From contig NC_042998.1 in the NCBI RefSeq assembly GCF_006345805.1, forward strand, positions 149,544,001 through 149,608,000: a stretch of 64,000 nt of DNA, read 5' to 3'. Made by a program: the position numbers and the translations under genes. The notes beneath the pieces were generated by a model that searched no databases, was not told where the DNA came from, and worked only from the letters and a program-made list of their open reading frames with translations. Positions 42,659 to 55,348 of the stretch are shown here, in pieces. The DNA comes from Octopus sinensis. Its lineage: Eukaryota. Numbering within the stretch: position 1 is the stretch's first letter; every line of letters begins with the position of its first letter.

Positions 42659-42665
42659 ACACATA
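42140..42665. repeat. Near-perfect tandem duplication of about 264 bp
   Basis: TATAGGTATGTAAGAGATTTTTTTCAT..TAGACCACGTG..AGCTATTC occurs at about 42150 and 42414. Confidence 0.85.
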
Positions 42666-44344
42666 TATATTATCGTTTGAAATATGTATTATATATGTCT
42701 CAATAATTAATGAATCAGTGATTGTAATTAGTAAATTTGAAGAGGATGATAATAACCACGCCACCAGTAGCAATATCATGTCCACCCATATTCATGCGAA
42801 CACCGCCGGTCAGCCATCATTTCTATAATTTTATCACCATCATGATCATCATAATCATCATAATCATCATAATCATCATTGTAATCACCACCACCGCCAC
42901 CACATGGTCTCTGTCTTTCTCCCTTTGCTTCTGCTTTTCCTGCTCTCGCTCCTGCTCTTGCGCCTCCTGCTCTTGTTCTTGCTGTTCTTCCTACTCCCCT
43001 TGCTCCTCCTCCTCCTCATCCTCCTCCGCCGCCTCTTCCTCCCTCTCATCATCATCATTATGTATGGAAGTCTCTAAATGGTCGTTGCTCCTGTTAGAAA
43101 TAGAAGTTAATTTCCCTGTAAACGCATCCATATTGTTTTAGAAATTGGAAGAAAATAAATTAAAGGAGAGTTATTTATCCCTGAGAATTTGTGATGGCCA
43201 AAGTAGGGATATCATTGATCATAGGTATGTTGCATTGGGGCTGACCCGTGGCTAAATAACAAAAACAACAACTAAAAAGAGACAAAAACAAAAGCAATAA
43301 CAATAATCGTGACAGTAAATATTACATTCTGGTCAATAAATACTGGTAACTATGGCAACCATAATGATATCAGTAACAGAAACCAGACGGTAGATCGGTC
43401 GTAAGATTAACATAAGAACAGCAGTAGCAACTAAAACAACAGTAGCAACAACAACACTCATATTAACCACAACAACAACAGTAAAAAAAAACAGCGTAAA
43501 CAACAAGAATAACAATGATAACAGTCATAAAAATAAACAGCAACAAATGTCAGGAGAAAAACAACGATAAGAACTGCAACAATAATAACAAGAACACCGA
43601 CTATGTCTGTAGCCCCTATGATTGGATTGACTTCTTAACACTGAGCCAGTAGTTCTTTACATTTTTCTTACCCATGGACCCATTGATTCCTATTTTACTC
43701 GGATGAACCCTACTTGCCATTCGATATTTAAAAAGTTGTTTATTTATAGTCTAATATCATTCGGAATTGCACCAAAGACATGTTGGAATATTTTGTGTAA
43801 TGTAGAAGTATCTCTAATTTACTCTTTTACTCTTTAACTGGTTTCAGTCATTTGACTGTGGCCATGCTGGAGCACCGCTTTTAGTCGAGCAAATCGACCC
43901 CAGGACTTATTCTTTGTAAGTCTAGTACTTATTCTATCGGTCTCCTTTGCCGAACCGCTAAGTTACGGGGACGTAAACACACCAGCATCGGTTGTCAAGC
44001 GATGTTGTGGGGACAAACACAGACATACACACATACATACATACATACATACATACATACATACATACATACATACATACATACATACATACATCTCGAG
44101 GCACTGGGCCACTTGGTGTTGAATGGACATACTATTAAATTAGTATCTAATTCTCTCACCCTTATTAATTAATTATAATTATGCTACATTTATTTCTAAA
44201 TGTAGTATTTGTTTCCGTGAAAGTTTGGCGCGCTGTTAGTAGGGGCATTTGAATTATAACGTCGGATGTAATCAATTGAACCACACGTGTATTTATCGTT
44301 ATGGTAAAATCTGGCGTGTGATTGAGTGGATTTCATCCACATAG

Positions 44345-44425
44345 TTTTGGCTGAGGAGCTACAAGTGGGTGTTTTGTAAGTAAAATTACATTTAATTCAT
44401 TAATAGCGAAACAATTGTCCCAAAA
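44345..44425 (+). ncRNA. Type I hammerhead ribozyme motif (family 3), canonical core
   Basis: TTTTGG-CTGAGGA-GCTA..TAGC-GAAA-C-AATT-GT-C-CCAAAA, with a GUC cleavage triplet and palindromic stem III. Confidence 0.88.
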
Positions 44426-44592
44426 TAATCTGTATTTTTGTTATTTTTTATTTGCCCTGTTCGTGTGAGCTAACAATCGTACTGACTTTCATGTGAAACA
44501 TGTATTTTTGTGGTTGAAACCTTTTGGATTTTCTAGTGCTAGAATGAGCCACATAGTGACCATTCTCTTATATTTATTTTTATTTTATATAT

Positions 44593-44620
<28 letters not shown>

Positions 44621-44626
<6 letters not shown>

Positions 44627-44968
44627 AAAGGAAATGAAGAAAATGCTGACAATTAATTGAAGTAATTTAAGTAATTTAATAGGTGAAAGTTCTTTTTACC
44701 GGTTGCGCATTTGTTATGCTTATCAAAATATAAAAGAGAGATTAGAGTTCCTTTCTTATAGAATTTTTCCTCTTATCTGGGAAAAATTCCTCTTATCTGA
44801 GAACCACAGATAAGAGGAAAAATTCTATAAGAAAGGAACTCTAATCTCTTTTTTATATTTTGATAAGCATAACAAATGCGCAACCGGTAAAAAGAACTTT
44901 CACCTAATTAAATTACTTAAATTACTTCAATTAATTGTCGGCATTTTCTTCATTTCCTTTTTATATAT
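44621..44968. repeat. Long inverted repeat (arms of about 160 bp) with a hammerhead-like variant in each arm
   Basis: Arms 44621-44780 and 44807-44968 are near-perfect reverse complements. Confidence 0.9.
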
Positions 44969-44999
44969 CACCACTCGTGTTCGACATCTCCTTTTTTAA

Positions 45000-45079
<80 letters not shown>

Positions 45080-46452
45080 CATATATATACGATGGGCTTC
45101 TTTCAGTTTCCGTCTACCAAATCCACTCACAGGCTTTGGTTGGCCGAGGCTATAGTAGAAGAAACTTACCCAAGGTGTCACGCAGTGGTGTTTGAACCCG
45201 GAACCATGTGGTTGGTAAATAAGCTACTTACCACACAGCCACTTCTGCAGATAAAATTTTAAAACTAAATCTTCTATGGACCCCGCCAACTCACCGAGAG
45301 CCAATCGGATTCCGGTTGAGAACCACTGCCTCTAAGCAATACTATGTCCACCTCTACTCATACAACTACAGCCAGTCGGTCATTATTTCTATAATTCTAT
45401 CACCATCATGATCATCATGATCATGATTATGGCCATCACCACCACATCTTCCTCCTCCTGCTCTACCTCATCATCATCATCATATATGGAAGCCTTTAAA
45501 TGTTTGCATATAATACCAGTAATTGTTGACGCAACAACAGAACAACCACCCCCACCATCACTACCACCACCACTACCACTGCCATCACCATTAACAATAA
45601 CAAAATTAGTTGCTGTGAGTGAATTGTCTCGGCGGCCATCTTTACAACATTGACCACGCAATAACAAAATGAAAACAGCAACAACAAAAACAGCCACAAC
45701 AGATGCAGAATAACAACAAGGAACTAAGGATAATATCACCGTGACAAGGATAAAAGCATCACCATCATCATTAGCAGCAGCAACAACAATAACAACAACA
45801 ACAGTGAAAAATGAGCAATAAAAACCAGAACAGAGGCAACATCAGAAGCAAGAAGAAACAAAACAATATTAAGAACTAAAATGGTTTTGCAACGGGTAAG
45901 CCTAGGAGGCTTTCTCCGTCAGAGGGTATAAACCATTTTTATATTTTTCAGCAACAAATAGTAAATTCGCTGATATATGGTAAGCTTTGTCAAGTTGGAA
46001 TGAATCAATTAGAGGAAGACTAAGCAAAGTTGATTTGCTTTTGAAATATAAGAACTGCATTTGTTTGTGAGCCGTGAAACGACGGTTTCGGTGTCCGTTA
46101 CTGATCAAATGTAACGAAGTAGAAATAGGTGTCCTACTGTATGATAACGTCATTCATATTCCAGTGGTATATTTTTCGCAAACATTGTCTGTGAGAATTT
46201 ATCTCCAGAGACTATTTCCGCAGCGGAAGTCTTTCCACGTTCGAGTGTGTACGGAAATGTTAAATATAATCGTATACACATATACTAGAAAATTTCAAGC
46301 ACAGAAAAAATAAAAAGAAACATTTATCGTCGCAACAGGATTTCAGAAACAGAAAATCTGAAGATCCTAAAGGAATATGTTGGTTCTATATTTTAAGGTA
46401 ATGGTATTATGATACTTATGATTAACGTGTTTCAATTATGAGAATAATTGTA

Positions 46453-46503
<51 letters not shown>

Positions 46504-46889
46504 GTCTATGAGGATTGCTAAATACAGTTTTAGAAGTGCAAATGTGATTTCAAGAAAAATATCTTTTAAAAATGTTATGAAATCTTTTATGAGGATGTTA
46601 TTAAATATTTTAGAACAGAAGTTTGTGTGAGCACTTTCGTTAAACTTTTCAAACACACGTGTGTGTTCCTTTGTGTCTGTGTTTGTTTCCCCTCCACCAA
46701 TTCACAACTGGTGTTGATGTGTTTACGTCTTCGTAACGCAGAGGTTCTGCAAAAGAGACCAATAGAATAAGTACCAACCTTAAAATGTATTGGGTTCGAT
46801 TTGTTTGATTCGTTCGATTAAAATTACAAATACATGCTTACATCAGAGAGTGTTGCTTATTTTGCAAAAAAAAAAAAAAAAAAAAAAGA

Positions 46890-47230
46890 AATATAAAATG
46901 TGACTTCATTGACCGAGGTTACCGTGGTCTTTTCCGCAGGCTTTTCTTTCCACGGGTAACCTCCTGTCCGTCCCTTTACACTTCATATTGACATTTCTGT
47001 GATAACGATCCTATTTACATTTTTTTTTCCTCTCCCCCCCTTTCCTTTTTTTTTTTTTTTTTTTTTTAACCCCCCTTATTTTGTCCTCTTTCCCTCCTTT
47101 TCGATCCCTTTTGATCGAACTCCCCCTTCCTTTTTTTTTTTTTTTTTTTAATACCTACCTTCAAAGAAAAGCTCTACCTTGTAATTTGTTCTATCTGTGT
47201 AGGAGCCCTGTGTGGCTAATAAAGAAACAT
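46890..47230 (+). mobile_element. Probable LINE 3' UTR fragment
   Basis: Hairpin GAGGTTACCGTGG/CCACGGGTAACCTC, pyrimidine tracts, and an end GCCCTGTGTGGCTAATAAAGAAA running into (TCTA)n. Confidence 0.4.
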
Positions 47231-47264
47231 ATCTATCATCTATCTATCTATCTATCTATCTATC

Positions 47265-47792
47265 TAGATTTGCCTTATATTGTGCCTGTAACGGTGTGAA
47301 CCTCCTCGATACTTTATTACCTTATTAATACTATCAATAACGGTAATAGTACATCTTTATTTAAAATTTATTCTTGCTCACAATAGTTTTCTTTTAAACG
47401 GAGCGGAATGTTTAAAGTAAGGAATGCACACGAGCTAATGTAGTGAATATTTTAGAAACAGATCTTAAAATGTGATTTTCAGATGAAGATCTCAGAGTAT
47501 GTTGGTCATACAGAGGGTGAAATCAATTGGTATTGAAATATACCTTACTTCCTGATGTATTCAACGCAAAGGTAAGCCTATTTCTAATATATTCATTGCA
47601 TTGCTCGTGTGTATCTTTATTGTGAGTTTATGGTGGCTTTCGAGCCTTGGCTCTGATTTTAGCAAGTGGTATTATATACCCTACTGAATCTAAATTTGCC
47701 GTACATTATGCCTGTAACGGTGTGAACTTACTGGCCACCTTATTATTATCTTATTAATATCATTAACAACGGTAATATAAGACATTTATTTA
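47265..47792 (+). repeat. Old element with diverged direct repeats of about 95 bp
   Basis: ATTTGCC..TGCCTGTAACGGTGTGAAC..CTTATTAATA..AACGGTAATA at about 47268 and 47694. Confidence 0.65.
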
Positions 47793-47815
47793 ATATATGT
47801 ATGTATGTATTGTAT

Positions 47816-47862
<47 letters not shown>

Positions 47863-47916
47863 TATATATATATAATAGATAGATAGATAGATAGATACAT
47901 ACATATATATATATAC

Positions 47917-47959
<43 letters not shown>

Positions 47960-48168
47960 AAATAGAAAGATGAATAATCTGTAGTAGATTAATCAAAAGT
48001 TTAACCGATACCTTAGTAGCAAAAATCACAGCAGTAAACAGCACGGTTGGAGGTACAACCATCTGGCGTTGCAACCGTGCGTTGGTGCGGATAATTGAAA
48101 TTAAAACATTATTGGTGAATTGAAGAAATGGAGCTGAACGCAGATTGAACAGAAATCGTTTTATTTCA

Positions 48169-48248
48169 TTCTACACGTGTTTCGAAAGGCACAAATTACC
48201 AAAATCCGATTGAATAATGGGACCATATTGTGTCTTTCTCTTCAGGAA
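48169..48248 (-). ncRNA. Type I hammerhead ribozyme motif (family 4)
   Basis: Minus strand reads TTC-CTGAAGA-GAAAGACACAA..TTGTGCCTTTC-GAAA-C-ACGT-GT-A-GAA. Confidence 0.8.
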
Positions 48249-48367
48249 GAAAAAAGGAAATCCGTTGGAAAAACAAAAACAGAACAGAGGCGGAGCAAAG
48301 AACAAATCGAACTGTGCTCCTAAGAGCCCATGGCGAAACTGTTTATCAGTGTATGTTGAGAACCGGT

Positions 48368-48657
48368 GTAGCAAAAACTCACACAAGTAAAGAGGTTGTA
48401 ACTCCTTGTTTTTAAAGGTAGAAACTTCGGGTTTATGTAGAGATTTTTGTATAATATATAAATAGATAAATGGAGTTTATACCTGCGTTAAACTCCATTT
48501 ATACATATATATATATATATGTATAAATGGAGTTTAACGCAGGTATAAACTCCATTTATCTATTTATATATTATACAAAAATCTCTACATAAACCCGAAG
48601 TTTCTACCTTTAAAAACAAGGAGTTACAACCTCTTTACTTGTGTGAGTTTTTGCTAC
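48368..48657. repeat. Palindrome of about 290 bp centred on (TA)n
   Basis: GTAGCAAAAACTCACACAAG.. mirrors ..CTTGTGTGAGTTTTTGCTAC. Each arm has a nested ATAAATGGAGTTTA/TAAACTCCATTTAT hairpin. Confidence 0.92.
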
Positions 48658-50130
48658 CCTGGTAACTATTTATCTATTTTTTCCGTGTTAATTGTTAACA
48701 AGGGGAAAATGCACTCATCTGTATATATATATTGTACCCTGAGGATATATAGGTACCTTGTGATGACAGAAAAATAGATTGACATACACATCGATGGATA
48801 AACAGGCCGATAGTCTAATAGGAAAAGATACAAGAGTAGCAATATAACATATAGACAGATAAATATATAGATAAATGAGTAGATAGATAGTTACTTAGAC
48901 AGACATATGCAAAGATTGATGAATTTATATATACTTTATTTGAGTGAGTACAATAATATTTCAGTAAAAAAGTTTATATAGATGCTTTTAAAATTTGATG
49001 ATAGTAATTGATAAAGAAGAAAGACAAAAATGGTAAAGAGAAAAATATTGGATAGACTGAACTGTTGAATGTAGGAGACAGTGAGATTGAATGGAGTATT
49101 GATGGTTGAAGACAAGAGGTGAAGAATGGAAGATGACAGACGAAGAACAGAAGTATGGAAGATTGGAGACAGAGAGACTGAAGTACTGAAAATTAAAATC
49201 AGAAACTGAATGAAGTATTGAGGGAAGGAGACAATGACTAAAAGTATGGAAGACAGGAGGCAAGAGACAAAAGTACTGAACCTCGGAAACAAAACAGAAC
49301 TGAGGTATAGAAAGTAAATGTGAGAAAGACAGAGGGGGGAGAGTGTATGTGTGTGTGTGAGAGAGAGAGAGAGATGAAAACTAGGCGACAGAGAGCTCGG
49401 TAATAGAGACTAGGCGACAAAAGACTGCTGGTTGCAGGAACTAGGAGTTTAAAACAAAACTAATCAATGCAAAAAAAAAAAAAAAAAAGATATACAATGC
49501 ATTGCTTTGCAATATATTCCTTTTTAAAGTTGATGGGAACAAAACAAAAATATTGCTATATAAAGGTGGTGCTGAAATCTCAACAGCAGCGCCTTCTTTA
49601 AAATTCTTCCAAATATTTGCGTTTTATCCAGAAAGCTGAGTAGAAGGAAGGTCTTGAGCGATTGAAAATAACAACAGCCGTTGCCATGAATATGTAGAAA
49701 GGATTCCGAAGTCGTTGTCTTCAGTGCGGTTAGAATGCTGATCAGAAATAGCCCAGGGAAGATCAACACAAAATGGTATGAAATATATAGTAAGATTTAT
49801 AGCTAATGAAGAATGTTAGGTAAATTAAAAGAAAAAAACTTACAAAATTTCAAAATATTTTCCTAAAACTGATTGTTTTTCTTTCTCAGTCGATTCGATA
49901 TTTCGAATTGATATAATTAGACGTTCAACCAGATCGATATTATAGCATATCAGATTTTTAAATATTTTAGGAAATCGAATCGAAATTTAAAAGAAGAAAA
50001 TTGAGAATTTTTTTAAATGGTTTTCGAATTCAAATTTCAATTTCATAAAATTCACATTTCCATTAAATTTGGAAATTTCATTTCAATTTAATAAATTTTA
50101 CGCGATTGGATTTTGCAATCACATCCATGT

Positions 50131-50181
<51 letters not shown>

Positions 50182-50316
50182 GTGCGTCTGTGTGTGTGGT
50201 GTGTGGTGTGTGTGTATGTGTATATGTGTGTGCGTGTGTAAACACGCTTTTTGAGTAGTGTTATGAAAACCATCAGGTTTTATCACTTGAAGCTTCAACT
50301 CTACACCGAAAACTGA

Positions 50317-50402
50317 AATAATAATAATAATAATAATATAATAATAATAAATAATAATAATATTAATAATATAAAAATAATAATAATAATAATAATATTA
50401 TA

Positions 50403-50491
<89 letters not shown>

Positions 50492-50506
50492 TTAATAATA
50501 ATAATA

Positions 50507-50549
<43 letters not shown>

Positions 50550-50557
50550 TAATGATG

Positions 50558-50607
<50 letters not shown>

Positions 50608-50662
50608 TAATAATAATAATAATAATGATAATAATAATAATAATAGTAATAATAATAATAAA
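50317..50662. repeat. Long (AAT)n microsatellite (one of many TA, CA, TACA, TAGA, AAT, GAT and AAC tracts)
   Basis: Directly visible in the sequence. Confidence 0.98.
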
Positions 50663-51695
50663 TACTAGCAGCTACAAGACAGTAGAATAAATAGAACCAA
50701 CAAAAAACAAAAGTGTTAATATTTTTAAAGCAATGACACTAAATGCGACAAAAAATAGCAACAAGGAACTTGGCTCAGATCTGTATTACCAGCATGACAT
50801 CAATATAACAGTTGAAGCAGCAGCAGTAGCAGCAGGAACAAGAACAACAACACTATGGCAAATATAGCAGAGAGTCTAAGATTTAAAATAAACCATAAAA
50901 AGATAAAATGTCTCCCCGTGATAACAATGAAAAATTTATCCTCAACAACAAAAACGACGATAAGAACAACAACGACGACAACAACAAGTGCAATAATGGA
51001 AGGTACGGAAACAACGGAAACAACAACAAAATGAAATTTTCAGCAGTAACAACAACAACAATTACAACAAAAATAACAACAACAAAGGCAACGAGAGCAA
51101 TAAAATCTTAAACAAAACCAACATTTGCTACTGATGCATCAGAAGCAACAACAAAACAATAGAAATTACAATAATAAAAGTAGCAGCAACAATAAAAACG
51201 ACAGAAATAACGATAACAGCAACAACAAAAACAACAGCAACAACAACAACAGTAATAACGAAAGCAATATATTTAATAGTCGACAGCAAGAACAACGACA
51301 ATAACAGCTGGCATAACATTGGTAACAACAAAAACTACGAAAATAATAATAAAAACAACCACATCCCCCTCCTCCTCCTCCTCATCATCATCATCAGTTA
51401 CAACAACAACAACAATATGAACATCTACTGCAACACAAACACCACATGCATCACAGTTGCAGGAATACCGAACAACTACAACTAATACAACAACACCAAT
51501 ACATGGCATACCATTACCACCATCACCACCACCACCACCACCACCCACCACAACAACAACCGAAATAACTACAACAACAACAACCAATATCCACAACAAC
51601 AACGTCATAAACATCTACAGCAAAAAAAAATAATTGCTACAGCAGCAGCAGCAACAACACTGACAACATCAACAACAAAAACAGCATCATCATCA

Positions 51696-51812
<117 letters not shown>

Positions 51813-52219
51813 AGAAACATCGTCATTCTGCGCCATTTTATCACAGCCTTCACTAAAGTCACGTGGGCGTTTTCTCTTTGAAGCCGTACATTTCCTTCCA
51901 ATACGAGTTCAAACGTGTTCTCTCTTTCAATTTTCCTGTGTGAGTTAGTATATATGTTTGTGAGTGTGCATGTGTGTGTTTGTGTGTGTGTGTGTTTGTG
52001 TGTGTGTGTATGTGTTTGTGAGTGTGTATTGACATGTGAGTGAGAGTATGTGCGTTTGGACGTGTACCACCAATATATATATATGTGTGTGTACATACAT
52101 ATAAGTACGGATGTAAGCATATGTTTTTACATCTGTAGTCATACACGTATATTAATATATGTATGTGTGTGTATATATATATATATGCATGTATATATAT
52201 GTACATACACACATATATA

Positions 52220-52253
<34 letters not shown>

Positions 52254-52321
52254 CATACGTACATATATATACACCGTCTATATGCATGCATATGTATGTA
52301 TATTTATATATATATATATAT

Positions 52322-52396
<75 letters not shown>

Positions 52397-53128
52397 TTTG
52401 CATGCAGTGTGTTCATATATCCATATATGTATAAGCCTATACCTACATACACATGCATACACACATATGTACAACCAAAGATAGACTTGCACATATCTAT
52501 ACGTATGTGCTTCTGTGTGCTGTGTGGGTATGTGTGTGTGTGTGCGCGCGCCACTGGGTGTGTACGCGCGCCTGTATGTGTATATGTGTATGTATACATG
52601 GTTTCACAAACATGGACGACCGTAGCTATATCTGTGTAAGTATATCGTTTCACTTCCTCTCCGTCTCTCTTCTCCCCTCTCTCTCTCCCTCTCCATCTAT
52701 CACCAACTCACACTTTTCCTTCCTTTCTATTTCACTCATTTCTCTCTCTCTCTCTCACCCTCCCACTCTCTATTTTTGGTTTTTACTTTAGTTCTTGTTC
52801 AAATCGGTGAATGATAGGATTTGGAAACGCTTAGTTAATCCAAGACTCTAACCATTCTAATCAGTTGCAGGCAGGAAACGGTTCAGTACAGAAGCATAGC
52901 TTTTGTTTCCGTATTTATTTATTTATTTGTTTATTTATTTATTTATTTTTCTCTGTTCTTTCTGGATTCATGCGACCAATTTTATCTTTGAAGTCTTGGA
53001 TTCGTCTGTAGTTTTTAACTCGGTAACCGTTCTCTCTGCCTGTCTGCCTGTTTCTTTCTCACTCTCTCTACGTATCGCATAAACATACTCGCATGCACGC
53101 ACACATTTCTTTGAATATATATGCTTCA

Positions 53129-53171
<43 letters not shown>

Positions 53172-53350
53172 TTACATACATGCGTGTGTATATACATATG
53201 AATATATATATACATACACACACATTTACATATATTTATTTATATTTATATAGGTATGTATATATGTATGTGAGCGTATATACACACATACATATACGCA
53301 TACATACACATATACATATCTATCTACATATGTATATACATATGTATATG

Positions 53351-53412
<62 letters not shown>

Positions 53413-53415
53413 ATG

Positions 53416-53448
<33 letters not shown>

Positions 53449-54239
53449 CGTACGTATACGCAGCTGTTTTTTTCGTCTAAAACATCAAAAGATTTGGAGC
53501 ACCAACTGGACTTACGCCGTTCTCACTCTCACTTCTTCACACTCGCTCTCTTTCACTCACTTACTCACTCACTCACTCAATCACTTTCATTCTCTATTTT
53601 TTCTCTCTCTGTATCTATCTATTTATCTATCTATCACACAAAGCCTAATTTATCCCCTCATTCTGCACTTCTTTACGTCTCTTTTTTATTGTCTCTTCAT
53701 CTTTCTTTCCAATGAAAAGCGTGTCAGGAGAAATTAATCAACCAACCAGCCAACCAACATTTTAATCGGCCGCTCTTATTATACAGAAATAATAAATATT
53801 TGTCTACATTAGATTCAAGATGTTTGAGAATGATTTGTCAAGTAGCGTATGATGTTAGATTTTTTACTTGCATGTGAGAGGTGACGTTTTTACCTCTGAT
53901 GTTAATGGCATTTTAAATAGTAACTCTTTTATATTGAAGGGTAACAATGTATAGGGAATCGGGTAGTATTAGATGTAAATAAGAGGAGATAATCTTGTGA
54001 TTAGTTGAAAGTTTTTGAGAAAAAATTTTGACGTACAATGTGAAATTGCTTTTGATTGATGAAGAAAACAATAATTTAATTTAAGATTAGAAGAGATCAA
54101 GATTATAGATTTGCAGTTAGGGGCAGATTAAACCCTTAGAAAACGTCATGCTTTACGACCTGTTATGGAGTTTATTACAAAGTATGTATCACATTGTGGT
54201 CACGACAGATAACTGAGTTGCAAATTATTTACTAATAGG

Positions 54240-54410
54240 TATGCGCAGGCGTGGCTGTGTGATATGAAGCTTGCTTCCAAACCACATGGTTCGGGTTTCA
54301 ATCCCACAGCGTGGCATCTTGGACAAATGTCTTTTACAATAGCCTCGGCTCGACCAAAGCCATGTGAGTGGATTTAACAGATGGAAACTGAAAGTACCCC
54401 ATCGTATACA
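54240..54410 (+). mobile_element. SINE family A head
   Basis: GCGCAGGCGTGGCTGTGTG..CATCTTGGACAAATGTC..GGAAACTGAAAG. Confidence 0.8.
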
Positions 54411-54417
54411 TGTACGT

Positions 54418-54501
<84 letters not shown>

Positions 54502-55010
54502 CACACACACACACGTATTTATCCTTTAAGTTCGTTTACGGAAAACGGTTTGAGTATGCATATAAAGACTCCTGTTTTATTATACTGGTTATAACTTAAT
54601 GATACCAACTGGCAATACCACTTGTTTGGAGTTGTTCCGAGCTGTGCTGATATAATGTAGGATAAATATAGTAATAACAATAATAATCCTTGGATGGAAT
54701 TTCTATCACCTTCCACTCCTCCCCGCCAAATACCCACAGAACTGCCCATTTACCAAATGAACATTATCATTTGTCAAAATTGATAAACAACCATGAGTTA
54801 AACATCCATTAGCGCTATTTCGCCCGAAGAAATAAATGAATGGACATAATCTACCCGGTATCCATGGATACTACTGACTGCATTATAATTATCCCAGGAA
54901 TATGGACTATGATCTTAAGAAACCTGTGATTTGTGGAAACACGCATAGCGATGCATTAAAATATTTATAAATTCCATCCGATGATTATTATTGTCATTAC
55001 TATATATACA

Positions 55011-55348
55011 TATGACACAAAGAAAATGGTGAGTGTGAACATAGAAAGTTCAATTTATTTATGTAATAGTCAATTTCATGTCATCTAAGCACGTTTCAAT
55101 TCCCACCTTCATTTATATTTTACGAATGTAGAAGGTAAAAATCTCTTCAGGACAGTATTGACATATATTCATATATATTCATTTCCATCCTAATAGATGG
55201 AGAGGTCCTTCTTAATTCATAATGCAATTTTAATTGTAAAGTATGAACGAAAGTGGGAATTGAATCGTGCGTAGACGGCATGAAATTGACCATTATATAA
55301 ATGAATTAATTTTTCTGTGTTCACACTTTCCATTTTCTTTATGTTATA
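55011..55348. mobile_element. Fold-back MITE with diverged inverted arms of about 115 bp
   Basis: TATGACACAAAGAAAATGG..AATTCCCAC mirrors GTGGGAATT..CCATTTTCTTTATGTTATA. Confidence 0.75.

Larger units (their letters stand above)
43820..45250 (-). mobile_element. SINE family A split at its internal microsatellite (tail 43820-44030, head 45088-45250)
   Basis: The two halves are collinear and in the same orientation, with other elements between them. Confidence 0.75.
43647..45328. mobile_element. hAT (Charlie-like) MITE split by nested insertions
   Basis: Left end CAGTAGTTCTTTAC..ATGGACCC and right end ATGGACCCC..GGTTGAGAACCACTG. Confidence 0.55.

Noticed and set aside
49555-49830. TATA-like GCTATATAAAGG followed by unique sequence and a possible donor site
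   Set aside because: Such motifs are common in AT-rich DNA and there is no supporting ORF.
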